A stretch of DNA of 64,000 nucleotides from Hydrolagus colliei (taxonomy: Eukaryota): contig CM068748.1 in the NCBI GenBank assembly GCA_035084275.1, forward strand, positions 11,594,001-11,658,000, in the 5' to 3' direction. The notes beneath the pieces were generated by a model, which had not been told where the DNA came from, did no database searches, and saw only the letters and a program-made list of their open reading frames with translations. A program made the translations under genes and the position numbers. Positions 50,613 to 64,000 of this stretch are shown piece after piece; positions within the stretch are counted from its first letter, which is position 1; each line of letters begins with the position of its first letter.

Positions 50613-52519
50613 TTTACTTACTGTGACCCCTTGTTTAGAAAGCTAAGAGTTGGGTGACAGTAAGGGCTGCACTTTACAATGAAACTGGCACAGTTTTCTT
50701 ATTTGAAATGAGAATTTACTCAATTAAGTTTTGCCAGAATCACACTGTAACAAGTGTTACGTAGCCATTCATAAATCAGGAGATGTCTATACTGTTTTAT
50801 TCATATTGAATTGTAAATACACTTCCCAAAGGGCAGAATAAATTGATAAATGAGGTACCATCATACATAGCGAACGATATGTTATAAAATCTTGGTTTTG
50901 CATAGACGTTTATTCAGTAATGTTTGTATCATTGCAAAACAGCAGTTGTTGATTTAATTTCGAAGATAGCATTACCCTGAGCTAAGTCTTCAGTGCAACA
51001 CAGATCAGATTACAAATCTAAACAGAGCCTGAATCTGCTTCATCTAATTTTCGTTGATAGATCTCTTTGTCATTTTGATTTGTCAGGCTACAGATAGCGT
51101 CAGCCGGACAAATAACTTGTTCCATGGTCCTAGACTACGTGCCTAGACTGAACAGGTAGGGGAAACAGAAGTCTTTTTAAACAGACTGTTTCCATCATAA
51201 TACAACATAGAATTTGTTAGCACAGATGATTGCCCACATGGCTGTGCCACTATTAGCTTCTTAAAAGCAACTTCTTTTTTATTAATCCAACTTTCCAGCA
51301 ATGTTGTTCGACATTCTTTAGCTAACAATCTTGAACCAATTGTCCCCTTACCCTAACTAAAGGAAAATATTTCACTTTTATTTTAAGCACCTCTATTGTC
51401 TCCCCTTCCGATATCCTTATTTCCAGTGGATTAAACAATTTAGACAGTCCATATGGAATGTATGCTGAATGATACCAGGTATCAACCTAGTGAATCTGTA
51501 CTTTACCCTCTCTTTTATCTCTGATTGTTCCTTTAAGTGGGCACCCATAGCTGAATATCCCAGCTGAACCTAAAGACATCACGGTTGTGGTTTGTAATAC
51601 AATACCAAGCCCACTGAATTGTGTATCAATTTGCCTTCCTTCCTTCGTTAGCTGTCAAGCAATCCCTTACAAAGGGTTCCTGATAGCTATGAGTTACTAT
51701 TTGTAGATGAGAATACCTGGAGCAACTGTGAATGTCATAGAATTCAGACCAGTTTATCTCAAATATGTTCAATATAAAGCTGAATCCTGCGACATTTACA
51801 GATACAGCAAGATTGGGCACAGCAATGTACCACAAACAGCCAAACTGGCTGCCACATTTGCCTAAAACAACAACAACACCTTGCACTGATATATCGCCCT
51901 CCACTCAGGGCACATTGTCACATTTGCCTACAGAATACTCAGTCACAATACTTTATAATAAATCGTGCGATGGACTTTGGGGAGTCCTCTAAGGCATGAA
52001 ATACAATATATCAAATATTATTTACAATCTAAGTTTGAATGGTCGAGACATGACCCATAGATCAATGATTTGAAACAGATTTTCTTGATGTCCCAGGGAA
52101 GTTCCTTTTGAGAATGAAAAATCTATTATTTCTTCAACCTTGGAGCTGAGAAGGCTTATTTATTTCTCTTTGAATCATTTACTTTTAGGGAGACTTTCCA
52201 AGCCAATTATTTTTTAATGCAAGAAGCAATTACAGAATAAAACATTACTGAGGGATAGCAATGTGGGCCTTCCTCACACTTGCAACTTTCAAGAATACCT
52301 GATTTTAGGAAACTATTATTCTGTGCATTGGCTTACCAACTCACAACAGTACTGCTCAGGTAGAAACCATATCTGACTGGTTACTTAAGAAAATAATACA
52401 AGAATGTCTGGAAAGAGATTGGTAATGTGATGATGCATTGGATCACGAAAACTACTGAACATCTATATCGATTAAAGTGTATACATTTGAGTTCCCTTCC
52501 TCCACACTCAGTTTCCAAA

Positions 52520-52970
52520 TGCCACCCTGTTGCCATAGAAATGCGCGAAGAGGACACCAGGCTCATTTCTGGGGAGTGAGGGAGAGGAAAACTCCTTTGT
52601 CCATAATTCTTAGTGACCCAGATCAGAACAAAAGTTGGCAGAGACTTAGAAGCAAATTGTCTGCCTCCTGATGTGCATTAATTGTTTGCCATCTCACCCA
52701 GACCGAAAATACAGTGTACAGAATGGAGGGCGAGCACATCCATGCAGAGGGAAAACTAAAGCAATGTCATCCCTAGTTGTATCAAGCAGTCAGTGTTGTG
52801 AGAAGGATGAGGCAGTTAAGGGGGAGCCTTGAACAAATCGCTTACAAAATGAAATCCTGCCTCTGCTTGTTACAATCTGGAAAGCGATGCAAATCGGGGT
52901 AATGTTCGGCAACATGAAGCCTGATAGACTAACCAACATCTGGAGCAAGGCCACCAGCAATGTTAAAATC
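52520..52970. promoter_or_regulatory. Candidate non-coding regulatory element with RFX-like site
   Basis: GTTGCCATAGAAAT at 52529-52542, CpG retention, gcattaattgttt motif; lies at the start of a long repeat-poor stretch. Confidence 0.3.
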
Positions 52971-55900
52971 AAGAATAAAGTTTATTTCTTAGGAATACCA
53001 AGAACTGATTAGCTCTCGACATGGGATTCCTTTCAGATCTTTCAAAAACTTCCTTTTAAATGTCAGGATTTATAGATTTGAAATATTAGCATGAACAGCA
53101 GAAGATAACACCTCTCCACCATCAAAGGAAAGGAGCTAGGTGTCAACCACATTTCTGGATTTGTTTTAACAGTAAGTTCTGGGCAAAGAAAACTTGTTCT
53201 GCGACCTAGATGAAAGCATATGAGCATTAGTGAATTGATTTACTTCTCATTGTAGCCATGTAATAGCCCCCTACATGCGATCAGGGAGTTGTACTCACAG
53301 CTCATCAGCCAACCCACACTGTTTATTGATCACAAAACAGATTGTGTCGGTGATATTGCAACAGGATATTTTAATTACTGCTGTACACAGCGTCCGACCT
53401 TTAGTCCATTAGCACAGAATTAATCCACACAAATAGCTGTTAAGAAGTGGAGGGCAGGACTGATCACAGACTGCAGGTCTGCAATGAAATTGGATTAGTA
53501 ATGTCAATGTCACTAAATCAATATCTGATAACCACACATTCTTACACGTGTTTATTTGAAATCCTGCAGTTTCTTGTTTCCGTTTTACTTGGGAGACCTT
53601 TCGCTCACATGCACAGCATGTCCACAACCTATCAATCATCACTGAACTAAATGGAATTAAAATTGCATTCATAAGCCAGAAGTTGCTTTCCAAACTACGA
53701 CTTCTTGATTTGCATTTGAACCATGCTAGTCATAACCAAATTTACTTTATTTTCCCCAAAAAATAATCATTTTGAAGACCGATAAAGCATGTTTTGTGAC
53801 GGCTATTTTGATCTCTAACTTTGTGTACAATTTCCGGGCCTCTGTTCACATGAGAAACGGTCTTCAATGCAGAACAGTAGCCGCATTTGTAATCAGGAAC
53901 ACCTGAACTCAAGTCAAAGTCCTTTAACAAATCAAGCCCACTCCTTCTGCAGATCATACAATATCCAGTGTATGATGAATGCTATTGCCCTTCTCTGGAT
54001 CTCCTGAGGGAAAGCTCAAAATAAAATACTTCCTCATCTCTACAGATCATCAAGTAAAGCACAGAATATCGATCTATTCCTGCATTTCTACTGCTCATGC
54101 CTGGAATGCTACCTTCTCAAGTCAGATCTTCCAGCTTCAGCAGAAAAAGACCCTTTGAACCTTGTGGAACATTTGTCCACCTTTGTCTCAAATGACTTTG
54201 TTAAGTACTACAACTGATATTAGACGACCTCTTTAAAGAACACCCTATCAGAGCTGTTCATTTCCTGTTGTGCTGCACAATTATGCTGAGCAGCCTGGGC
54301 ATTCTCAAATACAACAGAACGTTCTTGTACTTAAACAGAAAGCTAGCTCCCTGTATTGCAGAAAACAAAAAGAATAGCAAGTTCCATTCATCTTCTTTCA
54401 GTTTTATTGCTATTTTTACACAAGCTCTAGACTGGCAAGCAATTCCCGAAGAATTGCAGAGGCAGTTCTAAAAGTATACTAGCCATTTCTGAAAAGAGAA
54501 TTACAAAGCGCCTTCAGTCTGCAACCTGATCAGTGCTCGGGAACTAAAGACCATCTGTAGTCTGTGAACACTATATAAAAAGGAGTAGAAACTTGCTTTA
54601 AAATACCATGTCCACTCTCCCACCCTAATACAGTACAGTACCTTGAAATCGGTGTGGGGAGGTGGGAGGAAATGTGTTGATAATAAAAGTAATTGTTCTC
54701 TAGAGAATTACAACTGTGGGTTTGGATGTTTTATGTTGATTTTAAAACGGTAATAAAATGAGTATAAAAGATGTAGAAGTATGAAGCAAATGGATCTTCA
54801 GTAGCCTACATTACACAACAGTGTGTGTTTTAACATGGCAAAAATGGTAGGACCCTGTCTTCCAATAAGTGCATTCTAAATTCCTCTTTGTTAATATTAT
54901 ACTTTTCTGACTAGCAACTAAATGTCTCTATTATACATCTCACTTAATTCTCAATCTTGCTCTGAGAAGTCATCAGGATAATTATTTAACTCATCAGTTA
55001 ATCCCTAGGGAATAGCAAAACACCAAGCTCTATTATACCAGGTTGGACCAACAGAATCAAGTGTGAAAAAAATAGAAATGTCGGAGTGGGTAGAAGCAAG
55101 TGCCTTTTCTGGAGCTGATTTTCTGAACAAATGGTTATATTGGGTGAGGTTGCAGATTCACCTGACCTCGTGCTGCTTCTCACCTGAAAATCCTGCAGAT
55201 TGTGTCAAAATGCTGCACTCTATGATAAAAAGCATACTTTGCCTCTCTCCATCACCCCTTCAACATGTTCCATTTCAGTAACTCACTGCAGTTTCTTTCA
55301 TTCTGCAGTTTATTCCCAAGGAAAACCCTGGATTTTTTTTGGAAAACCCTGGATTTTTTTTTTAATCCTGATTTTTAATCTGCAAGCCTGGCAGGCTTGT
55401 GAGATTGTGCAATTCCATTGATTACATTATGATTTTTTTTTGCTTATAGCAAGATGTGATCCTTTTGGGTCTCTTACCGCCAAACACAGCAAACATATTC
55501 GGTGTGCAATATTTCCCAATCAAGTTTCCCATCCAAAAGGCATGTTATGCCCAAACTGTAGCAATCGTAATTTTGTGAACTATTAAAAAGGCATAAGGAT
55601 TATATAACCAGTAACATAAATGTTGAACAGTTTTGCTATATTTTGTAACATCAAAATGTTCCTCTTATTTTCTCTCTGATAATTTAAACTCCATTTTGCC
55701 CCTCTATAGTCAACATTTCTCAGTAAGAACCTACGGTTTCCCAGGACATCAAACAAATTGAACATGTGAAACCGGATATAAACAGGACTGCACATTTCTG
55801 AATTCTCAGTTAAACTCTTGCTTCCTGGCCTCCACAGATGTCTTTGTGGTGAAACATACCGCATGATGTGGCACTCAGCCATACAGAAAAGGGAGGTCAC

Positions 55901-56917
55901 AGTTTCAATCCCAAATCTATGCTGAGATGATTTGGGGAATTTATGAAACCCCCACAAGATAAATTATACGTTGTAATATTTAGTCAAAATAATTCAGTTG
56001 GACATTCAGGACATTGCATAATCGATGTATTATAACAGCATTTTCCCCATTGACTGGTGTTTTATGTGCTAAGAGTTCATAGAGAGTTCTACTTCCACTT
56101 TCTGCAATGAGACAACAGTGAGCATGGATGGTGTGGAGTAACATCTGCAGGACATGCAAATTCTTTAATTCACAAGACACATTGTGTCTTTTGGTACCAC
56201 ACGCAATACTTTCACAGCTCATTGGAGCTGTGTCTGTCAGACAGCTTAAGGGCAATTTGAAACATCTTTTGTTTTTTTCAGCAGAGTGAAGGTAAAGTAG
56301 GACCATTCTTATGGCAGCCCCTTCACATTTTGAAATGGGGAAGCATTTTGCCATGAGGCAATTCATTTTGTGTTATTCTGCTCCATTTGACACGTTACAT
56401 TTGTTTTTCAATAAGCCGTGAAGGTAGCATGCGGTCAGAAATTGATTGAATTTGTGTCCATGTGCCAGTAATTTGATTATATTTATTTTTAAGACCGCAC
56501 TTTCCACAGCATAAAATTAGCCACTTTTCCACAGCGTAAAACTAGCCACAAAGCATCTACTAAAATAATTCTTTAAAATAAATTAACTTTTGTGCAGTCA
56601 ATAGATTAGAGTTCAACCCTTCTGGCGCAATTTGCAGCTGGGTTTCTGTGGTTCTTAAAGGAATATACAGAGAAATAGCCTCACGTTTACAACACTGCAA
56701 TTTCTCATACTCTGAAATGTTAACTGTAAACCTAGGGTTACGTGGAATTTGTTTCTCACACCTCCCCCCCCCACCCCCCCTTCCCCCCAGTTTCCCTGGC
56801 TTCCCATAACAGTGGAATGGAGACAGATAAATCACTGTCTGATAACTCGCTTTCTATGAGGTATCACAGACACAAAGCTAAGTCCCACTTATCATTGGCA
56901 TAACATTCCGGTGCTCC

Positions 56918-56974
56918 AATAATAATAATCCTTGCATTTGATATAGCGCTTTTCACGTCTTCTAGACGTCTCAA
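56918..56974 (-). mobile_element. Young, extremely 5'-truncated SINE tail
   Basis: aataataataatccttgcatttgatatagcgcttttcacgtcttctagacgtctcaa. Confidence 0.8.
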
Positions 56975-59682
56975 TACCCCACCCCCACCTCTTGTATTTC
57001 ACTCATTAATCGCAAAGTGTTTTGTTTTATTTCAATAGAAATCAAAAAGACATGTATGAAATAAAGCATTAACACAGAGTGAGATTTATAATTAGTTTTT
57101 TGTGGTTTTGTTTGCTCGAGTTCACAAATCAAATTAAAGCGATCACAAAATGCAACTCTTTCCTCAAGGAAACAAAAACCCTTAGGCAGCTAAAATATTG
57201 AATCAATTTACCCAGATATTCAGGTGCATTCAAATGTCTATCGTCTTTACAAAACATAAGGGTCGCAGAAAATTAAAGTGTGATCCAGCACAAAGAATCC
57301 AGACACAACAGGCAAATTGAAAATTGTTGGAAGTTAGTGGTTAATCATAGCCTGAGGTTGAGGAGAGGGAACAAAGGAGACTGCATAAAATAAGTCAACC
57401 ACTCCCTATTCACATCCATGTTTCTTCCAGTTTATAAAATGACTTGGAAGGAAAAGGTCATCGTATACAACGTTCTTGTACACTTAACCCTCTCCTACCC
57501 AGGACAGTCTGGTGCCCAGCCAATGGTACACCAACGTTCAGAGACATCCTCCCAATGTGAAAGTCACTATAATGGCATTGAAATGCACAGACTATGCGCA
57601 AAAGGTCCGTTTTTTGTCTCATGCTCTCTTATTCCTTTCATTCTTGGTGAAGTCCTGAGTTATATGTCTTGGTTCTTCATCTGGCATTCCTAATAAAAAA
57701 ATATAATGTATTACAAACTCTCATTTCACCTCGTGGAGCTGGGTTTGCACACTGCAGAACAAGGACCCTGGAGCTTTATGAATGAAGTTCAATAAATAAT
57801 ATAATATGCTAAAATATTTATCTTTTCACTGCTGGGATGAAAGCCTTTCGGGTGCGACTAGGTGGAAAATGAGGTTGGGACACTGCTCTTGAGTTGTGAT
57901 GTAAACCACCCAACAACAGTGTTATCATTCTTAGGAAGTAAAACGTTAATGGTCACCAGCGGAGACAGATACTGTACTTCCAACAATCACCTCTAACCCG
58001 CATTCAGCACTTACATAAATAAATGATAGATAGGAATTATAAACTCATTTTTGAGAGCAGACTAGGGCTAGTATAATATAATGTCCTCATTTACACTTAT
58101 GAAACCCAGATGTCAATCTAACCCAAATATTTTTGGATTCCTCAAGACATGGGATTTCATCACTTTGGAATGTTAACACATTTCCAATCTCCTCATCCAT
58201 TATTATTATTACGAAGGTCAGTTCTCACCTGGATTTGATACCGAACAAAAGCTCCATAAATTGCCAAACAATGTAACATTGCTCACAATCCCAAAGTTTT
58301 ACAGCATTGTTGGGACATTTCCAATTCTCCACACAGCAATATCTCCAAATGACAATTACAACCTGGTACTGAAGAGACTTGGGATTACGACCATTTTGTC
58401 CATCTCCTCGTCTAGCAAATGGCATAGAGAAAATGATGAAGAAACTAAAGATTTGGGGAGGGAAAAAAACAAATAGTTAAAATGATTAATATTGTGTTTG
58501 AGAAATATATTTTGTGAAAAATGTTCTGAAAGAAGTGATAAATGTAACCAGTGCTGTAAAAGGTTAATGCCTTCTACTAATTTATGAAAGATTCAATTTC
58601 TCCTGGAAATCAAAATGCACTCATTGACAAACAGAAAGTATTTGCAGATCCATTATCTCGAATTGTAGAAACATATGGCTATAATTTAATTTAAAAACGC
58701 CATATTGATGGTAGATTAAGAACGCTATAAGTTTATTGCATTAGCCAATGACCCTGCCATAAGAAATCCATCTTAACAATGGACACACTAACAGATAATG
58801 CTTTGATATGCAATACACACATCTGCAATATTAGCACAATTTTCAAAGTCAAGAAATTATTTTGACCATGAAAACAATTACTTCTCACTGATTAGAATGA
58901 CAGCTATTATTTGTTTGAACTCAACCATGGCTGCTATTTTATTGTGTTCTTTTAATTTCATCTTTAGAGAAACACAACTGTATCTGGGCAGACGGACACC
59001 TGAATAGACAGTATGAAATAAAACACTGTGAAGAATGTGCATAAGAAGTGAGAGTGTTTGTAATGAATCTGTTCAAGATATCAAAATTATTTTGACAAAT
59101 CCATAGCAAGATACAGTGGCACTGAAGTGCTTCAGCAAGAAACAAAATTGTCATGGGCAATTTATGAGACTAAAGGTGAGTACTGTCGCCTGCTTCGGCG
59201 AGATGGGCATCCATCAAAACAAATCATCACCCCAGTATCATAAAGCATCTCTGAAAGAAACAGATTGAGGACAAGTCTCAGCAATAAGGAAGAATGATCT
59301 TCTAATTCAGTGCAAGCAATGAGAAAATCCAATCAATGTCTGAAACAAAAGTGATAGATTCATATTCTCGTTTGCATTCCACTAACGAGGAAGTTGTGAT
59401 GTGCCTGAGAATAGGAACAATCTCCTATATTCGCATACACACTAGTTAAGAGTCCTGTTGTTATATATCATAAACATATAGAAATTAGCATGTTTGAAAC
59501 TAATATCGATTGGAAATCAGACACAAGAATCTTAATTTATGCAAATAAAAGAATTTGAGCAAATCCATTTGAGAAACAATGCAGTTCTGACAAATAACTG
59601 GAAATATTCAATTGCATCCATTTTCAAAATAAGACCATGTTGCATGTAAATAAGCTGCATTGGATGGGGGAAGAACTGTATA

Positions 59683-60397
59683 CGGGTACCCTGCCCCAAC
59701 CACGGCCTCGTCAACCGCTAAACGGTTTGCTAAATGCGACAACCCTTGCTAACCACACAATGGTTATTACTTAAACCATCATTGCATTTGGCGCTAGGTC
59801 CCAGTTGCATCAACCAGCTTCGCTCTAGTGTCTGGCGCTAGGACCTGCTTGCGATGTCGCAATCAATCAGCGAGATGTCACTTCTCTCTTCGGATTAAGG
59901 GAAATCTCTGTTGATTCCTCTCTCTCTCTGTGTCTGTGTCTCTCTGTGTCTGTAGATCCAGGCAGCTAATGCTCCCAAACTTACTCCCCTTATCCCCATG
60001 TCAACACACCACCTTCTGCACCACCCCCCAACCCTACGTGTCACCCACCACACCACCTTCTGCACACCTCCCCCCACCCTCTGTGTCACTCACCACACCA
60101 CCTATTGCACACCACCCCCCACCCTCCGTGTCACCCACCACACCACCTTCTGCACATCCCCCACCCACCACACCACCATCTGTGTCACACACCATGATTT
60201 CTCTCGCTCTCTCTGTGTGTCTGTGTGTAGATCAGTCAGTCAGTCAGACAGCCTTGCGGATTGCTGCAGATCCTGGCAACCAAACTTCCTCCCCCTATCC
60301 CCATGTTTCCCATAGGGCCCTGTATTTTCCAACCGCGGTTTTACCAACCATGGTGGTTTACAGGAACGTATCCTCCGTGGTTGGGGAGGGATACCTG
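59683..60397. mobile_element. Non-autonomous Tc1/mariner (pogo/Tigger-like) DNA transposon
   Basis: Imperfect 23 bp TIRs CGGGTACCCTGCCCCAACCACGG / CCGTGGTTGGGGAGGGATACCTG, flanked by TA (59681-59682, 60398-60399). Subterminal ggaacgtatcc resembles Tigger-type ends. CpG-rich; no transposase ORF. Confidence 0.85.
60005..60193 (+). repeat. About 44-45 bp C/A-rich minisatellite, about 4 units, inside the transposon
   Basis: cacaccaccttctgcac...cccaccct..gtgtcacccac repeats at about 60005, 60049, 60094 and 60139. Confidence 0.9.
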
Positions 60398-60853
60398 TAT
60401 ATATTTTTTTAAGTTTACCATGATTCTGTCTGGGAAAATACTGGATGGCTACTAAGAGGATATCGGGAAATTGAATCTGAGAGAAACCACAGCTGTGTGC
60501 AAAACAAATTGTAGCAAATGCCTTTATTAAGAGCAGCATTTCCAAACCACTGAGAAATGAAAATTGTTATGAATCCCAAAATATGAGAAAATGCAACAAA
60601 CTTTAAGATCTGCATTTATGAAGAGAAATCACAGTAATCCACAGAGTCTCCATGGAGCTGAACTGGCTCCAAGGTAACTTGCGTGGCAATTGAATATCGG
60701 AATCAAGCTAGGCCACTGTGGCGGTCTCGGAAATCCAGTTTCTGAGCCAGGCAGGCCCACAGAATTCCGGGGCACTGCAGATGACAACACAGCCAACCTG
60801 GCTCATCAGCAAGACCTGGAAAGGCAGACCACTAACTGGGGGCTGGGTATTAT

Positions 60854-61298
60854 GCAACTCAGCATCTGTTTATCCTGTAAGCCAAAGCTCTAATGGATCG
60901 GGTGTTCCTAGCTGGACAAGCAACGGGAAAGCTTGCCAGCACCTGTAAGCAATGGCAAGCTATGCGGTTTTCACTGGTTAGACTCAGGCAGTATTTTGAC
61001 GCACACTCTGGGATCCCCAAGCCTTCGCTCTTACCAACTTGTGCTTAATTTCCAGCATTAGGAAGCAGGATGCCTCCATACAGGGAGTGAGTGCGCATTC
61101 CATTCCAACAACCTACCTCTGAAATTTCCAGAATAATAATGTATAGGTGGGATGCTTGGAATTTGGTTTGGATATTCTTAAGCAGGGCAATGGGTTTCTA
61201 CATGTGTCAAGCACTCAGCTAGACCCCAAAAACAATTTAAAGTCATCTAAACTTAATTATAAATGCAAGCTGTTGCTGCTAATGTTAATGTTGTTGGA
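60854..61298 (+). repeat. Unclassified ancient repeat, copy 2
   Basis: Aligns with 29877-30290. Confidence 0.85.
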
Positions 61299-63314
61299 AA
61301 CTTACCACTGCATGGAGATTTACCCTTATGTTTAGAATAGAGCAGTTTCTTTTAGCCTCAATGTGTAAAACAACAGAACAAAGACACATAAATTCAAACT
61401 TCAACCATAGATGTTCAGACTCAGTCAGGCTGTAAACATGAGACTCAGGGAAGATTGCGTTACACAGGAAGGATTTATAAAATAAGCATGGCTTTCAAGT
61501 ACTGTCATCATTGTGATGTTGCAAATTGTACTTGCAAAGAAATTGCATCTGCAGTGACTGAGCTCAAATCCACACATTACTGACCAGAAATAGTCATATA
61601 GCAGTAACTCCGCTCTATTGTGTAACACTTAAAATAACTTCTGTCCACCTTTTATTCCAAACCAAAAGATGTAATGCATCTCTTCCAGTACATTAAACCC
61701 GATTCTAAGATTTCTTTATTGACAAGTTGCTATTTGAACATGGGCTTGTAAAAAGCTACAGATGTCTGTGGGAAAACAAGTACCTGTATTAAGTACAAGT
61801 ACAGTCAATAAATAGTCTTTTTTTTCTGATAGTGGAATCTGAAAGCCTCCAACTGCCCTTCAGCATTTTTTGTTTATTTTGTCCACCCAATTTACTCAAA
61901 ATCAAACAGAGGAATGCAAAAAGATACAGGAAAATTATAGCCTTACCTTTCTGTAGAATCTGCTTACACAAACAGTAACATATTCTGTCCGATATGGGCA
62001 TAGTTCATGAGTAAGCATACACAAGGTGGTTTACAGTTATGAAATAGCCATTAGTGCAGTCACAGCATTTTTAGAAGTCTGATCAGTAAAATGGTTTAGA
62101 TTTTTCGAAACACTTAAGCAAATCCTCGACAATGCTTAATTTTCACTAGCTTTCAATAATTAAAGTCAAGTGCAGGGACTTAATCAAATATCAATTGTAT
62201 AGGTGATAACATAAAATAAAGTTTTGCAAACTACATGCTTCATTTGCAATGAATTGGATGGAAAATTAAGCCAGGAATTTGCTGTGGTATTGTAAGGGGT
62301 ATGTATGTATCAGTGTTAATTCTGGTGTAGGACAATTTGCTTACGCGTCATAACAGAGAAAACAGCACTTAAGATCACACCCAACTGTGTTGGCAACACA
62401 AGGAGGTATTATTCTTTAATAGCTGCATAATTTGCACAAGTAGAGGATGGCTCATGCATAAACATTCAATTTCCATATGATATTGATTATAGTCTTTACA
62501 CAGGATAAGGAAAATATTTTTCATGAAATCTAAACAGCTCAAATCCATCTTATTCATTGAAGCTGAATAACAATGTGAAAGTTTTACTCAGTATCAGGTT
62601 TACATTGTTCCGAGAAAGAGGAAAGAATAAACATGAATTTAAAGCCCAATTTTGGTTCTTCCCTAAATCAATTGCCATTATAAAGAGAGCTTTCCCATAA
62701 CTACAGTAGATTAGAGAATAGAAGAGGCAAACAGCCCACCTGCCTATAGCAGCCACTACAGTGCAGTCTCTCAGGTGATTTAGTGCAACTTCAGTAAACC
62801 TGGATTAAGCAGAGATTTGCTTTTAAAGTCCATTATTTCCAAGTCCCAGTGGTAACTTAATGCATCTTAAAGACAGAGATTGCCCACTTCCCTCCTCCCA
62901 CCCATCATGATATAAGTACACAAAAAGATCAGAAATGGAGATCACTGCCTAAGTGAACTGAGTGAGTGCATTTCCTACTGCTGATTAAGGTGGAGGATGA
63001 CATTGATGGATAATGAGTAACTTCCCCAGTTTTATCAACAGGACAAAGCACCACTGGGTCATTCATCAGGAATCAACAACTGACCTGCGGAAATTCAACC
63101 ATCCATATCCATAGGCAAATATTTGGTGTCTCAGCTGCACTGTGTGTTATACAGGTACAATGTTTCCTACCCACATTTCAGAAAGGCAAGAGCAATTTTA
63201 AGATACGAGGATCAGAAAGCCTTACCATCCATTAGTACTTGACAGTGCCTATAATCATCTTAGATGTGTATCTACTTGTGCTGTATGTCTAAGATAATTG
63301 TATGGTTTTGTACT

Positions 63315-63386
63315 GTATTGTGAAGCGCTCTGAGACGCCGCCCGGCGTGGAGGGCGTTATATAAATCGAAGTTGTTGTTGTTGTTG
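63315..63386 (+). mobile_element. 3' tail of a second L2-dependent family
   Basis: gtgaagcgctctgagacgccgcccggcgtggagggcgttatataaatcgaag(TTG)n; a second copy lies at about 9830-9877. Confidence 0.75.
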
Positions 63387-64000
63387 AGATGTAAGGTGGA
63401 TTATGAAGGTGGGCAGCAGTAAGAATCCATCAGGATTCCAGATCCTGATCTCTACTACATATTGACCCTCTGAATATATATATATATATGTATGGAACAG
63501 TACGGTTGGTTTCTATGAGCAGGAAATGTTTTGACACAAAACCCCTGCCAAATAATAACAATTCATGTTGTTATAATATATTTTTTATAAAAATGTATTT
63601 CTAAAAATATATAAAAATACCCCAAATAAAAAGCCCCAATACAGAAAGGTGTAAATTTCACACTGAAATGAACACAGAAGCATAATTAATGGGGCTGTAG
63701 CTTTAACCCTTCCCCCATGAACCTACAGACATATGGTTTACTTCTTAAGTTGCGCACAAATATTGATTTGGGTGCAAAAATGCAACAAGATTATTTTCCT
63801 TACTTCATTACGAGAGCACATATATTAAGAGGGGTTAAGAAGGTACTGGTGCTTTGTTTTTACAATGCTTCTTTCATGATCCATCAGATTATTTTACAAT
63901 AAAAAGTGTTTGTTATTATTAAAAATAATATTCCACGCATTTGTTATCACACTTTTCACATCGGGAGGATGTCTTAAAGCACTCCATTAAAGTGAAGTAA

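Noticed and set aside
59930-60412. 160 aa Pro/Thr-rich ORF and overlapping ORFs
   Set aside because: Produced by the C/A-rich minisatellite inside the transposon; no true ATG start and no domain.
1-64000. CRISPR arrays, rRNA, operons or an intact multi-exon gene
   Set aside because: No regularly spaced repeat-spacer array, rRNA motif or consistent coding exon chain; the sequence is eukaryotic non-coding DNA.

Overview
Non-coding, AT-rich vertebrate genomic DNA. The repeat content suggests a cartilaginous fish, probably a chimaera such as Callorhinchus milii; this is inferred from remembered repeat families and was not checked by search. I see no intact protein-coding gene, rRNA, true tRNA or CRISPR array, and nearly all listed ORFs look spurious. 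The window holds many tRNA-derived CORE-type SINEs in two length subfamilies, and L2 LINE fragments including a young 1.1 kb 5'-truncated copy with a YADD motif and one in-frame stop (41509-42640). It also has CR1 3' fragments, DeuSINE-like relics and a 715 bp Tigger/pogo-like non-autonomous DNA transposon (59683-60397). The best gene-level signal is a decayed, intron-containing HGSNAT-like pseudogene on the minus strand: a clear 87 nt exon at 8843-8929 with a dead splice acceptor, a frameshifted upstream exon at 9534-9626, and weaker possible remnants down to about 4.8 kb. Other signals are candidate conserved non-coding elements, a local duplication, two unclassified repeat families sharing a 30 nt motif, perfect hairpins and possible recursive-splicing exons. 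I found no convincing novel multi-gene system.
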